From Candidatus Latescibacterota bacterium (lineage in GTDB: Bacteria > Latescibacterota > UBA2968): a DNA stretch of 64,000 bases. The stretch spans positions 1,728,001 through 1,792,000 of the forward strand of contig OZ220741.1 of the NCBI GenBank assembly GCA_965116885.1, in the 5' to 3' direction. A program made the translations under genes and the position numbers. The notes beneath the pieces were generated by a model. That model was not told the origin of the DNA. It saw only the letters and a program-made list of their open reading frames with translations, and did no database searches. Positions 40,062-50,102 of the stretch are shown in pieces (positions within the stretch are counted from its first letter, which is position 1; each line of letters begins with the position of its first letter).

Positions 40062-41081
40062 ATGCAAAAAATACTTCCCATCCAGGTATCCCCACCCATA
40101 CATGGCTATCCTCGCCATGGCTATCGGCTTTCGATTATGTCGCTTCACGATGCGTATATTCCCTGGTTCTTCTGCAATTACATCCAACTCTTCGCCGTTG
40201 ACCTGTTGCATGAGAACAAACACAATATCCGATTCAACTTCTATTTTCAGGGACCGTACTCCCCACCGTGGCTGTCTATCTACACCGTTCCGAGGCGATC
40301 AATTGCCAAAGTCTATCATCAGATTGTGCCGTTTATTCGGGACCAGATTGATGAGGGCTTCTATGTCCAGTTAACAGCCGACGAGTATTTCCTGCCGCAT
40401 ACGCCATTTTATGAGAAAATACATCATCCACATGCTATTATGGTATTCGGATACGATGACGATACAGAAACGCTTGAGACTCTGGGATTTAATAGAGCGC
40501 GGGACTACTCTGTTTCAAGGGTTGGGTATTCAGATTTTGAAGCGGCGTTTCGCTGGATTGATCCCGAGAAACGCAGATCGTACCGGATAGATCTTTTTGA
40601 GTATAACGAGGACGGTGTCTATGAGTTTGATATTGATGCTGTCATTGACCAGTTGCGAGCTTATGTCCATTCCGAGAATTCGTCTATCTACTATCGGACG
40701 TTGCGCAAGCCAGTTGAAGGCGTTTTTGGGATGGCGACGTATAAGCTCTTACGAGATTATTTTACGCATTTGTTTGTTCATCCCCGGTTGTGGGATCGGC
40801 GGCATCTGTTCACGCTTTGGGAGCACAAGCGTTGTATGCTGAACAGGCTTGCTTATCTGGAGGAGCGCGGGTATTTGCGTCCGTCAGACCAGTTTCATCA
40901 GGCGTACAAGGAGGTTGAGCATAAGGCGCATCAGATTCATCTGATGATGCTTAAGTTGCGAGCGCTAGGGGAGGTCAAGAGAACGTGGGATGTGGAACGT
41001 ATTTTGAAGATTATCACCTTGTTAAATGATATTTCTCAAAGGGAGGAGCGCATTTTGAAGGATGTTTTGACAGCTCTTTGA
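40062..41081 (+). CDS. BtrH-like (butirosin BtrH / papain-like fold) protein, possible ACP-dependent acyltransferase
   Basis: ADEYFLP..FY..HHPHAIMVFGYDD motif typical of the BtrH_N-like family; adjacent to the ACP. Confidence 0.6.
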   Translation: MQKILPIQVSPPIHGYPRHGYRLSIMSLHDAYIPWFFCNYIQLFAVDLLHENKHNIRFNFYFQGPYSPPWLSIYTVPRRSIAKVYHQIVPFIRDQIDEGFYVQLTADEYFLPHTPFYEKIHHPHAIMVFGYDDDTETLETLGFNRARDYSVSRVGYSDFEAAFRWIDPEKRRSYRIDLFEYNEDGVYEFDIDAVIDQLRAYVHSENSSIYYRTLRKPVEGVFGMATYKLLRDYFTHLFVHPRLWDRRHLFTLWEHKRCMLNRLAYLEERGYLRPSDQFHQAYKEVEHKAHQIHLMMLKLRALGEVKRTWDVERILKIITLLNDISQREERILKDVLTAL

Positions 41082-41096
41082 GGCGCGTACACTAAT

Positions 41097-41138
41097 ATCC
41101 CCTATCGCGCGTTATTGCGATGGGGGATTGGTTTTTTT
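41097..41138 (+). terminator. Terminator closing the maturation operon
   Basis: ATCCCCTATCGC..GCGATGGGGAT then a T-run. Confidence 0.6.
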
Positions 41139-41176
41139 GGGGCTGGGGGCGGCCCTCTCACCTCTTACCGCCTCTC

Positions 41177-42067
41177 TCACATCAATTTTTTGCGTTTGGC
41201 GAGGTAGTTGAAGAGGGCGGTGTCAAAGGGTTCTGAGGTTTCGAGGAGGACGTAGTCGATCATGGCTTCGCGGCATTCGCGGCGAAAGCGGTTGATGAGG
41301 GTTTCCATGTGGTCGCGGTATTCAGGTGCGAGGTGCCAGGGTTCTGTAGAGATTTGCGTGCCGGATTCGAGATCGACGAAGCGCATTTCCCGGTTGAAGT
41401 CGAGGTCGCGCTCTCGGGGATCCAGGATGTGGAAGACGATGACTTCGTGGTTGCGATGGCGAAAGTGTTTGAGGCCGTTGAGCAGGCGATCTGGATCGTC
41501 AAAGAGGTCGGAGATGACGATGACGAGGCCGCGGCGTACAATGCGTTCGGCCAGTTCGTGAAAGGCGGCGGCGAGGTCGGTGTCGCCGCCTTCGGGGCTG
41601 GTGTTTTGAAGTGTGGTGAGCAGGGTGTGCAAATGACTGGTGACGGAGCGGGGCGGCAGATATGTGCGTATGCGGTCGTCAAAGGCGATTAATCCGACGG
41701 CGTCTCGCTGGCGCAACATGAGGTGGGATAGAGCGGCGGCGGTATAAGATGCGTATTGGAATTTGGTGATGGCGTCCGAGGCATAGGCCATTGAGGCACT
41801 GGCGTCTATGAGGAGATGGGCTTTGAGGTTGGTTTCTTCTTCGTATTGTTTGACGTAGAGGCGGTCGGTTTTGCCGAATACTTTCCAGTCCAGGTCGCGC
41901 AGTGAGTCCCCCGGCATGTATTGACGGTATTCGGAGAATTCGACGGAGAAGCCGTGATAGGGGCTTTGATGCAGGCCGGTGATAAATCCCTCAACGACCA
42001 TGCGGGCGATCAGGTCCAGGCGCGCGAGCCGGGAGACGACTTCGGGTTTGAGATATTCCTGGTTCAT
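41177..42067 (-). CDS. DUF58 (MoxR-associated, vWA-like) protein
   Basis: GLHQSPYHGFSVEFSEYRQY.PGD..DWKV..YVKQYEEETN, IDASASM, ISDLFD. Confidence 0.92.
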   Translation of the reverse strand: MNQEYLKPEVVSRLARLDLIARMVVEGFITGLHQSPYHGFSVEFSEYRQYMPGDSLRDLDWKVFGKTDRLYVKQYEEETNLKAHLLIDASASMAYASDAITKFQYASYTAAALSHLMLRQRDAVGLIAFDDRIRTYLPPRSVTSHLHTLLTTLQNTSPEGGDTDLAAAFHELAERIVRRGLVIVISDLFDDPDRLLNGLKHFRHRNHEVIVFHILDPRERDLDFNREMRFVDLESGTQISTEPWHLAPEYRDHMETLINRFRRECREAMIDYVLLETSEPFDTALFNYLAKRKKLM

Positions 42068-42069
42068 CC

Positions 42070-43236
42070 CTAAAAGCCCGCGGCGAGGATGATCCAACCC
42101 GCAACGGCTCCACCGACGACCAGCCATACTGCGCCGACTCCGCGCCACAATATCAGAATGGATGCGATGCCTGCGATTGCCATTTTGGGTATTGAATCAA
42201 GGGTTAGGTAGCCCAGTTCTATTGTTACAGCGGCCATCAATCCCACAGCACAGACATTTACGGCGTCGAGGAATGACGCCACCCATTCAGATTCTCGCAG
42301 CCGGGGCAAGAGGGGGTTCAGGGCAGCGACAAATACAAAGGAGGGTAGGAAGATCGCGCCAGCAGCGACGAGGGCGCCCGACAATTTGCCGCCGGTGACG
42401 AGATAACCGATAAAGGCTGCGGTCGATAATACGGGTCCGGGTGTGAACTGACCGATGGCAATGGCTTCCAGCAATTGTTCCTGGGTCAGCCAGGCATATC
42501 CGAGCACGAGTTCTTCTTCGAGAAATGCAATGAGTAAGTATCCGCTGCCGTAGAGGATTGCGCCAATTTTTAGGAAGAATAGGCCCAGTGCCCACAGAGT
42601 TGGTCCTGCGGATACTGCGCCTTGACTTGCCAGTATTGTAAATCCTGTGCCTGCTATAGGCGCAATTACAGCTGCGTGTTCGCGATCTCTGGAGCGGGTC
42701 ATTCTCAGCCAGAACATTCCGATGATTCCGCCGCCGATCAGTGCGAGTACGCCGCTAAATTGTGTGAGGGCTACGAGCATGACAGCCAGGCCCAGAAAGC
42801 TCAATCGCCAGCCTTTTACGGCTTTTTGACCCAGTCGCCACAGCGCGCCCAGGATGACGGCGAGTACCGCTGGTTTGATGCCGTAGAGCAGGTCGGCAAC
42901 CTCTGGGATAGCGCCATACGTCATGTAGGCCCAGGCGAGGATTGTGGTCAATGTGACGGCGGGAAATATAAAACACAGGCCAGCGAGCAATAGACCGGGC
43001 CAACCGCCGCGCAAGAATCCCAGGTGTATCGCCATTTCCGTCGAGTTTGGTCCGGGGATAATGCTGGTTACGCCGACGAGGTCTAAGAATCGCTCGCGCG
43101 ATAGCCACGCGCGCTTTTCAACGACTTCGTCTTCCATCAGGGCGATGTGTGCTGCGGGTCCACCAAAACCTATTACACCGAGTTTAAAAAATAATGCCGC
43201 TACTTCGCGCAGTCGTCCGCGTTTTTTGTTTTCCAT
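42070..43236 (-). CDS. chrA: Chromate efflux transporter (long-chain CHR)
   Basis: GFGGPAAHIA, PGPNSTEMA, YGSGY, GQFTPGP. Confidence 0.92.
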   Translation of the reverse strand: MENKKRGRLREVAALFFKLGVIGFGGPAAHIALMEDEVVEKRAWLSRERFLDLVGVTSIIPGPNSTEMAIHLGFLRGGWPGLLLAGLCFIFPAVTLTTILAWAYMTYGAIPEVADLLYGIKPAVLAVILGALWRLGQKAVKGWRLSFLGLAVMLVALTQFSGVLALIGGGIIGMFWLRMTRSRDREHAAVIAPIAGTGFTILASQGAVSAGPTLWALGLFFLKIGAILYGSGYLLIAFLEEELVLGYAWLTQEQLLEAIAIGQFTPGPVLSTAAFIGYLVTGGKLSGALVAAGAIFLPSFVFVAALNPLLPRLRESEWVASFLDAVNVCAVGLMAAVTIELGYLTLDSIPKMAIAGIASILILWRGVGAVWLVVGGAVAGWIILAAGF

Positions 43237-43241
43237 ATAAT

Positions 43242-44609
43242 TTACCTCTGTATATCATTCACAACTTCACCAAGTATCTGTAAGCCATCTTCAAGCGCGT
43301 CTTGTTCAATGGTCAATGGCGGAGAGATTTTTACGGTTTGTCCCCACGCGCCCACAGGGGCAAAGAATAGCAGTCCTTTGTGAAAACATCGCAGTACAAT
43401 TTCATACGCCAGGTCCGGATCGGGTTCTTTTTGTCCGGCTTTTACCATTTGTACACCGCCTACGAGTCCTTTGCAGGTTACGTGCCCGACCACGTCGGGA
43501 TGTGCGGCCTGGATTTTTTTGATTCCGTTCGCTAATACGGGTTCGAGTCGCGCTGCATTGCCGGTTAGGTCATCGTTTACGATTTTTTTCAGGCTGGCGA
43601 GTGCCGCTGCACAACAGACGGGGTTGCCCGTGTGGGTGCTGGTCATTGATCCGGGAGGGTATGAGTCCATGACTTCGGTTCTGCCGATTACGCCCGATAG
43701 TGGCAAGGAACTGCTTACGCCTTTGCCAAAGCATATCAGGTCGGGGGTTACGCCGTAGTGCTCAAATCCCCACATTTTACCTGTGCGACCAAATCCCGCC
43801 TGTACTTCGTCAAAGATTAAGAGGGCACCGTGTGCTTTGCACCATTCAGATAGTGCCTGTACGTACGCTACGGGCGCGAAATCGGGTCCCACACCCTGAT
43901 ATGTTTCGAGCATGACGCCGCATACGTCGTCTGCATTTAGTCCTTTGTCTTTGATTGTAGAGCAGAAAAAATCGAAATCCACGTTTTCTGTCCAATATCC
44001 GTCGGGAAAGGGCACCTGTACGATGGCGGGGTCTTCGTTGCCGATCCAATCTTTTTGCCCGGGCATTCCGCCGACTTGCTGGGCGCCCATTGTGCGTCCG
44101 TGAAATCCGCGTTCAAATCCCACAAAGCCGATTTTCTTTTTTCCTCCGGTTGTAATGCCATGCGTTCGCGCGAGTTTTAAGGCGTTTTCTGTGCTTTCAG
44201 ATCCGGTTGTTAAAAGAAAAACTTTGTCTAACCCTTCTGGTGCCAGGTCCGCCAAAAATTCGACGAGTTGCGCCCGTTCCTCGCTCGGGAATACGTAGTT
44301 GTGTAGTAGTCCGGTGCCTACCTGATCCACGATTGCACGCCGGACTTCGGGCATGCCGTGTCCGGCATTGGTGACGAGTACGCCCGAGCTCCAGTCGAGC
44401 CACATGTTGCCGTATTTGTCATAGACCTGACAATCTTCTGCGCGATCCCATACTATGGGCGGTTGTCCGCGCATGGAGATGGGTTCTACCCGGTGTAGCG
44501 TTTCCAAAGTTGCTACCGAGTCTGGGTGGGGTACAGGGGTCACGATGCGGCGATATTTTGTATCGACTTTTGGTACGTTAACAGGGGTGATGTCAAATTC
44601 TTTTCCCAT
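43242..44609 (-). CDS. Class III PLP aminotransferase
   Basis: TGSESTENALK, FHGRT, DEVQAGFGRTG, FGKG, STHTGNP. Confidence 0.92.
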   Translation of the reverse strand: MGKEFDITPVNVPKVDTKYRRIVTPVPHPDSVATLETLHRVEPISMRGQPPIVWDRAEDCQVYDKYGNMWLDWSSGVLVTNAGHGMPEVRRAIVDQVGTGLLHNYVFPSEERAQLVEFLADLAPEGLDKVFLLTTGSESTENALKLARTHGITTGGKKKIGFVGFERGFHGRTMGAQQVGGMPGQKDWIGNEDPAIVQVPFPDGYWTENVDFDFFCSTIKDKGLNADDVCGVMLETYQGVGPDFAPVAYVQALSEWCKAHGALLIFDEVQAGFGRTGKMWGFEHYGVTPDLICFGKGVSSSLPLSGVIGRTEVMDSYPPGSMTSTHTGNPVCCAAALASLKKIVNDDLTGNAARLEPVLANGIKKIQAAHPDVVGHVTCKGLVGGVQMVKAGQKEPDPDLAYEIVLRCFHKGLLFFAPVGAWGQTVKISPPLTIEQDALEDGLQILGEVVNDIQR

Positions 44610-45892
44610 TACACTGGCCTATCGTATATTTTTTCAAATACTGCGTCGGGTCCGTCAGATGCGCGGTTGGGATCGACGATGGTGATGCCGTCTGCGCCGA
44701 ATTGCGCTGTGACTGTGGCGCCTTTGCCTTCGCGCATGTATTCAAAATTGCGGTCGCGGACGATGCGCGCGGCATCTACGATTGCCGTGGTGATTCGGCC
44801 GTCTTCAGCGGTGGGATAGATTTCTTTTACGTCTGATAGGGTTTCGCCCAGGAATTCGATGCGGCATATTGCGACGAGTGCCACGATGATGCTGTCTGTG
44901 CCATATCCCACATAGACTTCTGAGCCGTCGGGGCGTTTGACGTTGCGCGTGAAGTGGTTGTTTGAACTCTGGCTGCCGCCGTCTGCGTACCAGAATCGAA
45001 ATCCGCGATATTGCTGGTCGGATTCCACTTTGCCGTCGGTGCCGACGATTTCGTGTCCCTGATTGACGGGTCCTTCAAAGTCATCGGGTGTGATCCAGTT
45101 GTTGTGGAAGTAAATGCTCATGCCGTTGTCGAAATCCACGCGTACCTGGACGGCGTCATAGGCGTCGATCCCATCGCGTATGAGGCGTTTTTTTTGTCCC
45201 ACGGCTGTGAGGGATACGGGTTTGCTGCGGTAGTAGTTGTAAAATAGATCGACCCAGTGGGGTCCCACATAGGAGAAGGGGTCGCTTTCTTCTGCCCATT
45301 TAAATGTGCTGGTGGATACTTCGAGCGGCTCTTCCAGCATGGCGAGCCCGTAAATGGGGTCGCCGATGCGATTGGCGATGTCGTGCTCGATGCGCATGTG
45401 ATCCGGGTCGTAGCGTTTGTGCATATCTACCGCACATACCAGTCCTTTTTCATTGGCGAGTTCGATCATTTCGTCGGCTTCGTGGACCGATAAACACATC
45501 GGTTTTTCGGTGATGACATGGGTACCGTTGTTCAGTGCTGCCAGTACCACGGGCGTGTGCAGGTTGTCGGGTGTGGCGACGGCCATGACGTCGAGGTCCG
45601 GAAAGTCGCGCAAGACATCTTCCCAGGGTGTTTCGCCCCAGTAGGGTGCGGGCGCGTGTCCGGTCCATTGTTCAAAGTTGGTTTTTGCGCGTTGTGCGGA
45701 TGCTTCGCTGCGGGTGGCTACTGCAACGAGATCAAATTCGATGTCTGCAAGGTCGCGCGCCCAGGCGTCGAGTCCGACTCGTCCCATCAGGCCACTGATG
45801 CCGTTGCGCTGCAGATCCGCAAAGGCCCGGGCGTGAACATCGCCGCCAAACATCCCGGCGCCAATTAATGCTATTGTTACTTTTCTTGCCAT
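44609..45892 (-). CDS. Gfo/Idh/MocA family oxidoreductase
   Basis: IGAGMFG, VATPDNLH, TEKPM, HKRYDP; abuts the aminotransferase. Confidence 0.9.
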   Translation of the reverse strand: MARKVTIALIGAGMFGGDVHARAFADLQRNGISGLMGRVGLDAWARDLADIEFDLVAVATRSEASAQRAKTNFEQWTGHAPAPYWGETPWEDVLRDFPDLDVMAVATPDNLHTPVVLAALNNGTHVITEKPMCLSVHEADEMIELANEKGLVCAVDMHKRYDPDHMRIEHDIANRIGDPIYGLAMLEEPLEVSTSTFKWAEESDPFSYVGPHWVDLFYNYYRSKPVSLTAVGQKKRLIRDGIDAYDAVQVRVDFDNGMSIYFHNNWITPDDFEGPVNQGHEIVGTDGKVESDQQYRGFRFWYADGGSQSSNNHFTRNVKRPDGSEVYVGYGTDSIIVALVAICRIEFLGETLSDVKEIYPTAEDGRITTAIVDAARIVRDRNFEYMREGKGATVTAQFGADGITIVDPNRASDGPDAVFEKIYDRPV

Positions 45893-46110
45893 TAAATACT
45901 CCATTCTGGATCAGGTGTACACCATTCTACAGGATTTACGGGTCGCTAATTTACAAAGAGATTGATAAAATTCAATAGGAAAGATGTACAACGGCAATAG
46001 CAGTTTACAAAAATGCAAGGTTGTGATACAGGTTTGAAATCCGTGTAATATTGGGTATCTTTGAAAAGGTAAAAAAATTCTGGCTCACATTGAAACCAAA
46101 GGAATAAAAA

Positions 46111-46362
46111 ATGCAGATGATTCAGATTGAAGTGCCAGAAGAGATCTTTCTGTCCTTAAAAGAGACACCTGAAGAATTTACCCAAGAGGTCCGCATGGCC
46201 GCCGCGGCCAAGCTCTATGAAATGGGTAAGATGTCTTCCGGGCATGCGGCTGAATTCGCTGGCATGTCGCGCATTCAGTTTCTCCAAAATATGGGTCACT
46301 ACGGCGTGTCTGTATTTGATATGACCTCTGAAGAATTAGAACAGGATCTCCAAAATGCCTGA
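46111..46362 (+). CDS. UPF0175 family antitoxin-like protein
   Basis: KLYEMGKMSSGHAAEFAGMSRIQF..ELEQD. Confidence 0.85.
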   Translation: MQMIQIEVPEEIFLSLKETPEEFTQEVRMAAAAKLYEMGKMSSGHAAEFAGMSRIQFLQNMGHYGVSVFDMTSEELEQDLQNA

Positions 46363-46840
46363 GGTCGTGATCAGCAATACATCGCCGATCTTTTACCTCC
46401 ATCGACTTCGTCTTCTCGATCTGCTTCAAGAACTCTATCAGAAGATTATTGTTCCAAAAGCAGTGGTAACAGAATTGGAGACAGGACGCAGACAAGGCGA
46501 AGATGTGCCAGAGATAGATAATTATGAATGGATTGAAACCCGAGCCATTCGATCACCTCAAATTCTGGGGTTGAGTACAGACTTTGGCTCAGGTGAAGCG
46601 GAGGTGTTGGCTTTAGCATTAGAAGAATCGGATAGTCTGGTTATTATTGATGAAAAACTCGCAAGAAAAATAGCTCGCCTGCGAGGTTTGCGTGTAACAG
46701 GTACAGCAGGTGTATTACTCAAAGCCAAACAAGAAGGTTATATCTCGGCGGTAAAACCCTTTCTCGATCAATTGCAAGAGATGCAATTTCATCTCAGCGA
46801 TAATGTGAGGACTCTAATTTTGAGTAAAGCCGAAGAATAA
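46355..46840 (+). CDS. DUF3368 PIN-domain toxin-like protein
   Basis: SNTSPI, GEAEVLALA, IIDEKLAR, GTAGVLLKAK; overlaps the antitoxin. Confidence 0.88.
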   Translation: MPEVVISNTSPIFYLHRLRLLDLLQELYQKIIVPKAVVTELETGRRQGEDVPEIDNYEWIETRAIRSPQILGLSTDFGSGEAEVLALALEESDSLVIIDEKLARKIARLRGLRVTGTAGVLLKAKQEGYISAVKPFLDQLQEMQFHLSDNVRTLILSKAEE

Positions 46841-46910
46841 CGAGTTCTCAAGAGTTATGACATATTGTTTCTTTGAAGGCTACGAGTTTAATAGTAGCCT
46901 TTTTTGTTTT

Positions 46911-47690
46911 TTAGATATGGGTACGTAAAAACGACAGATCAGCCTTTGCCGCTGTCCAGAGGTCGTCCATATTTTCTCCGGGTTCGCGGGTTCCTTTGGA
47001 GAATTCGACGGTGATCGAGCCAGAGAATTTGTATTCTGCCATCATATCCAGTGCTGTCTGGGCGCGTTCGGGATGGTCGTGAAGCAACTGGACATTGCTG
47101 TTTTCGTCGCGCAATTGGGTGTGTGCGTGGGTGACTTTGGGTCCGAAGAGGTCAAACCATCGCTTTAAGATATCCATTTCGGGGATGAAGCAGTGTACGA
47201 TGATTTCCCAGCCTTCGATGCTCAGGTCGTCGAAGAATGCTCTGGCTGCATCGGGGTCTTCTACTATTGTGCCCGGGTGGCATTCGCAGAGCAGTGTACA
47301 GGTTTGTGGGACTTGTTCGCGCCAGGCGCGCAGGTTGTTCAAATAGGTTTCGCGCAGGGCAGGGTCTTTGCCTACGTTGAATTTTACACCGGCTGAGCCG
47401 AATAGGCCGATCATTTCTGCTGCGTTTTGCCGCGCATCGGCATCGTTGTCGTCAAAGTCGCAATACGTGTTGTAGATGGTTGCGGGGAAATTGGAGGATA
47501 GCAATTTTTCGCGTTCGGCGTCTGAACACAGTGTGGCGTGATATTCCCAGAGTTCCATTCCATCAAATCCGGCTTTCCGAAAGCGGTCAGTCCAGTCGCT
47601 TACTTCGTAGGTCGGTGTTTTGGGATCGCCCCAGCGGTTGAGGTCCAGGAGTATGGAGCCGATTAAAATTTCTCCATTGCGATTTGACAT
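46911..47690 (-). CDS. Sugar phosphate isomerase/epimerase (xylose isomerase-like TIM barrel)
   Basis: GFDGMELW, ECHPGT, HAH, ITVEF. Confidence 0.75.
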   Translation of the reverse strand: MSNRNGEILIGSILLDLNRWGDPKTPTYEVSDWTDRFRKAGFDGMELWEYHATLCSDAEREKLLSSNFPATIYNTYCDFDDNDADARQNAAEMIGLFGSAGVKFNVGKDPALRETYLNNLRAWREQVPQTCTLLCECHPGTIVEDPDAARAFFDDLSIEGWEIIVHCFIPEMDILKRWFDLFGPKVTHAHTQLRDENSNVQLLHDHPERAQTALDMMAEYKFSGSITVEFSKGTREPGENMDDLWTAAKADLSFLRTHI

Positions 47691-47703
47691 GTTATATCTC
47701 CAG

Positions 47704-48570
47704 TTATTTGTTCCAATTTCTCATCAACTTGCGCCAGACTTTTATGATCTCGTTCTTTTCCCGGATGGCATCCTCCCAGATGTCGGGAAAACAGGCGAGC
47801 GCGTATCCAGAGCCTTGTGGTCCCAGTTCGGGGACGATATGGAGTATTTTGCCCGGTTTTGCGCCCTGTAACCACGCTTCGAGGGCGGGTTCGAGGTAAT
47901 TCGTCAACCAGATTTTGAAATCGCGATCCAATCGCCCTTTGCCATTTGTCACCGGGGTCTGGCAATGGCTGCCCGTAAAGGGGCGAAAATGGATGAGTTC
48001 GTGCATTTGCAAGAGGTCGGTGCGTTCAGACAAGCGCTCCCAGTATTCGTGCGGGCGGAGTTGTTTGATGATTGCCGGATGCGAGTGGTCGAAGTTCATT
48101 CGCAATTTCTTTTTGTGTTTTTTTCGGTATGCATCGGCGAGTGCAAAGGCCTTTTCCGGTGTTTCTGTGCATGTGTCGCGATGGATCTCGATTGCGGGTT
48201 TGACTTTGTGCTTTTTTCCGGCTTTGACGACTGCTCGCGCGACTTTTACCGCAGCTTTTGTTTTTGTGTCGTGATCGCACAATTGTACGTTGATGTGAAC
48301 CACGCCTATGTCGGCAAATGCTTTCATTTTTGCATCGGCTTCTTTTTTGCTGCCCACATCTACTCCGCCTACCATTTCCAATCCCTGTTTGTGCAGTTCC
48401 GAGGCTAACTCGGCATCGGCTCCAGCCGACATGCCGTGAAATCCCGCTTCTTTCACTTTTCGCACTTTGGTCTGAATTGTCCAGGGATTTCTTGCAGATG
48501 GATAATCTCTCAATGACCAGTCTGCTGCCATGATTTTAATTTTTGGTTTTTGAACGGGTTTTTTTGCCAT
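47704..48570 (-). CDS. Xylose isomerase-like TIM barrel protein
   Basis: EIHRDTCTE, NFDHSH, HFR, PELGP..GY. Confidence 0.75.
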   Translation of the reverse strand: MAKKPVQKPKIKIMAADWSLRDYPSARNPWTIQTKVRKVKEAGFHGMSAGADAELASELHKQGLEMVGGVDVGSKKEADAKMKAFADIGVVHINVQLCDHDTKTKAAVKVARAVVKAGKKHKVKPAIEIHRDTCTETPEKAFALADAYRKKHKKKLRMNFDHSHPAIIKQLRPHEYWERLSERTDLLQMHELIHFRPFTGSHCQTPVTNGKGRLDRDFKIWLTNYLEPALEAWLQGAKPGKILHIVPELGPQGSGYALACFPDIWEDAIREKNEIIKVWRKLMRNWNK

Positions 48571-48598
48571 GTCATACCTCCGCGACGATGATTTGTTT

Positions 48599-50056
48599 TT
48601 ACATGGGTCCAATGCGTTCAGGACCTCTGTCCATTGCGAGCATTGACGCATCAAAGCTGCGTTGCATTAAGTCGAGTTTTACATCCGCATGATCGGGACT
48701 GTCCCAAAGATTGTCAAATTCGTCTGGATCCTCTCGTAAGTCGTAGAGTTCGCCCAGGCCGTGTCCGTGATAGACCACGAGTTTGTACCGTCGGTTGCGA
48801 TACATTGTGGCAAATGTTCCGTCGGCTTGATCGAGTGCATCGTAATATTCACAGCGCACAAAATCGCGGTGTTCGTCGGGGGGTTGATCCCCGCTGAGCA
48901 GGGGCAATAGAGGATGCGGTTGCATGCGCTCGGGCACTTCTATACCAGCGAGTTCCAACAAGAGGGGGGCTATGTCGCGCAATTCGACGAGGGCATCGCT
49001 TTTTTGTTCCGATTTTACGTGACCAGGCCATGAGAAAATGAGTGGTACGCGCACCAGTCCTTCGTAAAAACGACATCCCTTTTGGATCAGTCCGTGGTCT
49101 CCCAGGGTTTCGCCGTGGTCGCTGGTAAAGATAATCAATGTGTTGTCGCGCTGTCCAGTTTCTTCCAATGCGGCTATTATGCGCCCGAGTTGGTCGTCGA
49201 TCAGTTTGATCATGGCGTAATAGGCGGCGATCAGGGTTTTTGCATCGCGTTTTCCGGCTGACTCAGATTCGTGCAATCCGCGCGTCGGTGTTCTGGGGAT
49301 CACGGGGCTTCTGATATCTAATTCATCGGGATGCTGGCCCTTGGACTGGAAGTCGATGGCTTCCAATTTTTCTTGCTGCGCGAGGTCGCTTTCTCGAAAT
49401 AGCGGGCCGTTTACCTGTTCGGGATGGAACATTTCGCGGTACGTTTTGGGTGGGTTAAATGGCGGATGTGGGTCGTAGATGTTCACAGAGGCCAACCAGG
49501 GTCCATCGCGCTGTTCGCTCAAAAATTCGATGGTTTTTTCTGCACACCAGGTGGTCTGGTGCAGTTCTGCGGGTACGCCGTCGGGACTTTTGATGAGTTC
49601 GCCCAATATCTCGCCTTTTGATCGTACCCAGTCGGCATAATCGTGTCCGGTTTTCCAGTCGTCCCGGGGCGCGTGGCTGTATTGCCAGTAGCGGTATCCG
49701 TCATCTGTTCTTTTTTCTATGCGTCCATGCGCGCTCGATAAGTGCAATTTGCCGATTAGTCCGCAGTCGTATCCGTTGTCTGCGAGTATTTTGGTGACCA
49801 GGGGTGGCGCGTCTGGGAAATGCGAGTTGCCATTGCCGTTTACGTGTACGGCGCTGGCGTATTGTCCGGTCAAAAAACTCGTCCGGCTCGGTGTGCAGAT
49901 CGGACTCTGGCAATACGCATGGGTAAATGCAAATCCTTCGGCGATCAGGCGGTCGATATTGGGGGTATCTACATGGGGATTGCCCAATGCGCCGATGGTG
50001 TCATATCGCTGCTGGTCTGTGCAGATCCACAAGATGTTTGGTTTTGTTCCTTTCAT
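48599..50056 (-). CDS. Sulfatase (FGly-dependent, Cys-type)
   Basis: NILWICTDQQR, CTPSR, GKLH, PHPP, SDHG. Confidence 0.95.
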   Translation of the reverse strand: MKGTKPNILWICTDQQRYDTIGALGNPHVDTPNIDRLIAEGFAFTHAYCQSPICTPSRTSFLTGQYASAVHVNGNGNSHFPDAPPLVTKILADNGYDCGLIGKLHLSSAHGRIEKRTDDGYRYWQYSHAPRDDWKTGHDYADWVRSKGEILGELIKSPDGVPAELHQTTWCAEKTIEFLSEQRDGPWLASVNIYDPHPPFNPPKTYREMFHPEQVNGPLFRESDLAQQEKLEAIDFQSKGQHPDELDIRSPVIPRTPTRGLHESESAGKRDAKTLIAAYYAMIKLIDDQLGRIIAALEETGQRDNTLIIFTSDHGETLGDHGLIQKGCRFYEGLVRVPLIFSWPGHVKSEQKSDALVELRDIAPLLLELAGIEVPERMQPHPLLPLLSGDQPPDEHRDFVRCEYYDALDQADGTFATMYRNRRYKLVVYHGHGLGELYDLREDPDEFDNLWDSPDHADVKLDLMQRSFDASMLAMDRGPERIGPM

Positions 50057-50075
50057 GAATGCTCCTTGATCTAAC

Positions 50076-50102
50076 GGGCGGGCACAGGGGCACCGCCCCT
50101 AC
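50076..50102 (-). repeat. GTAG-type REP overlapping the TAG stop of the C-N hydrolase gene
   Basis: Identical to 24691-24717. Confidence 0.85.
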
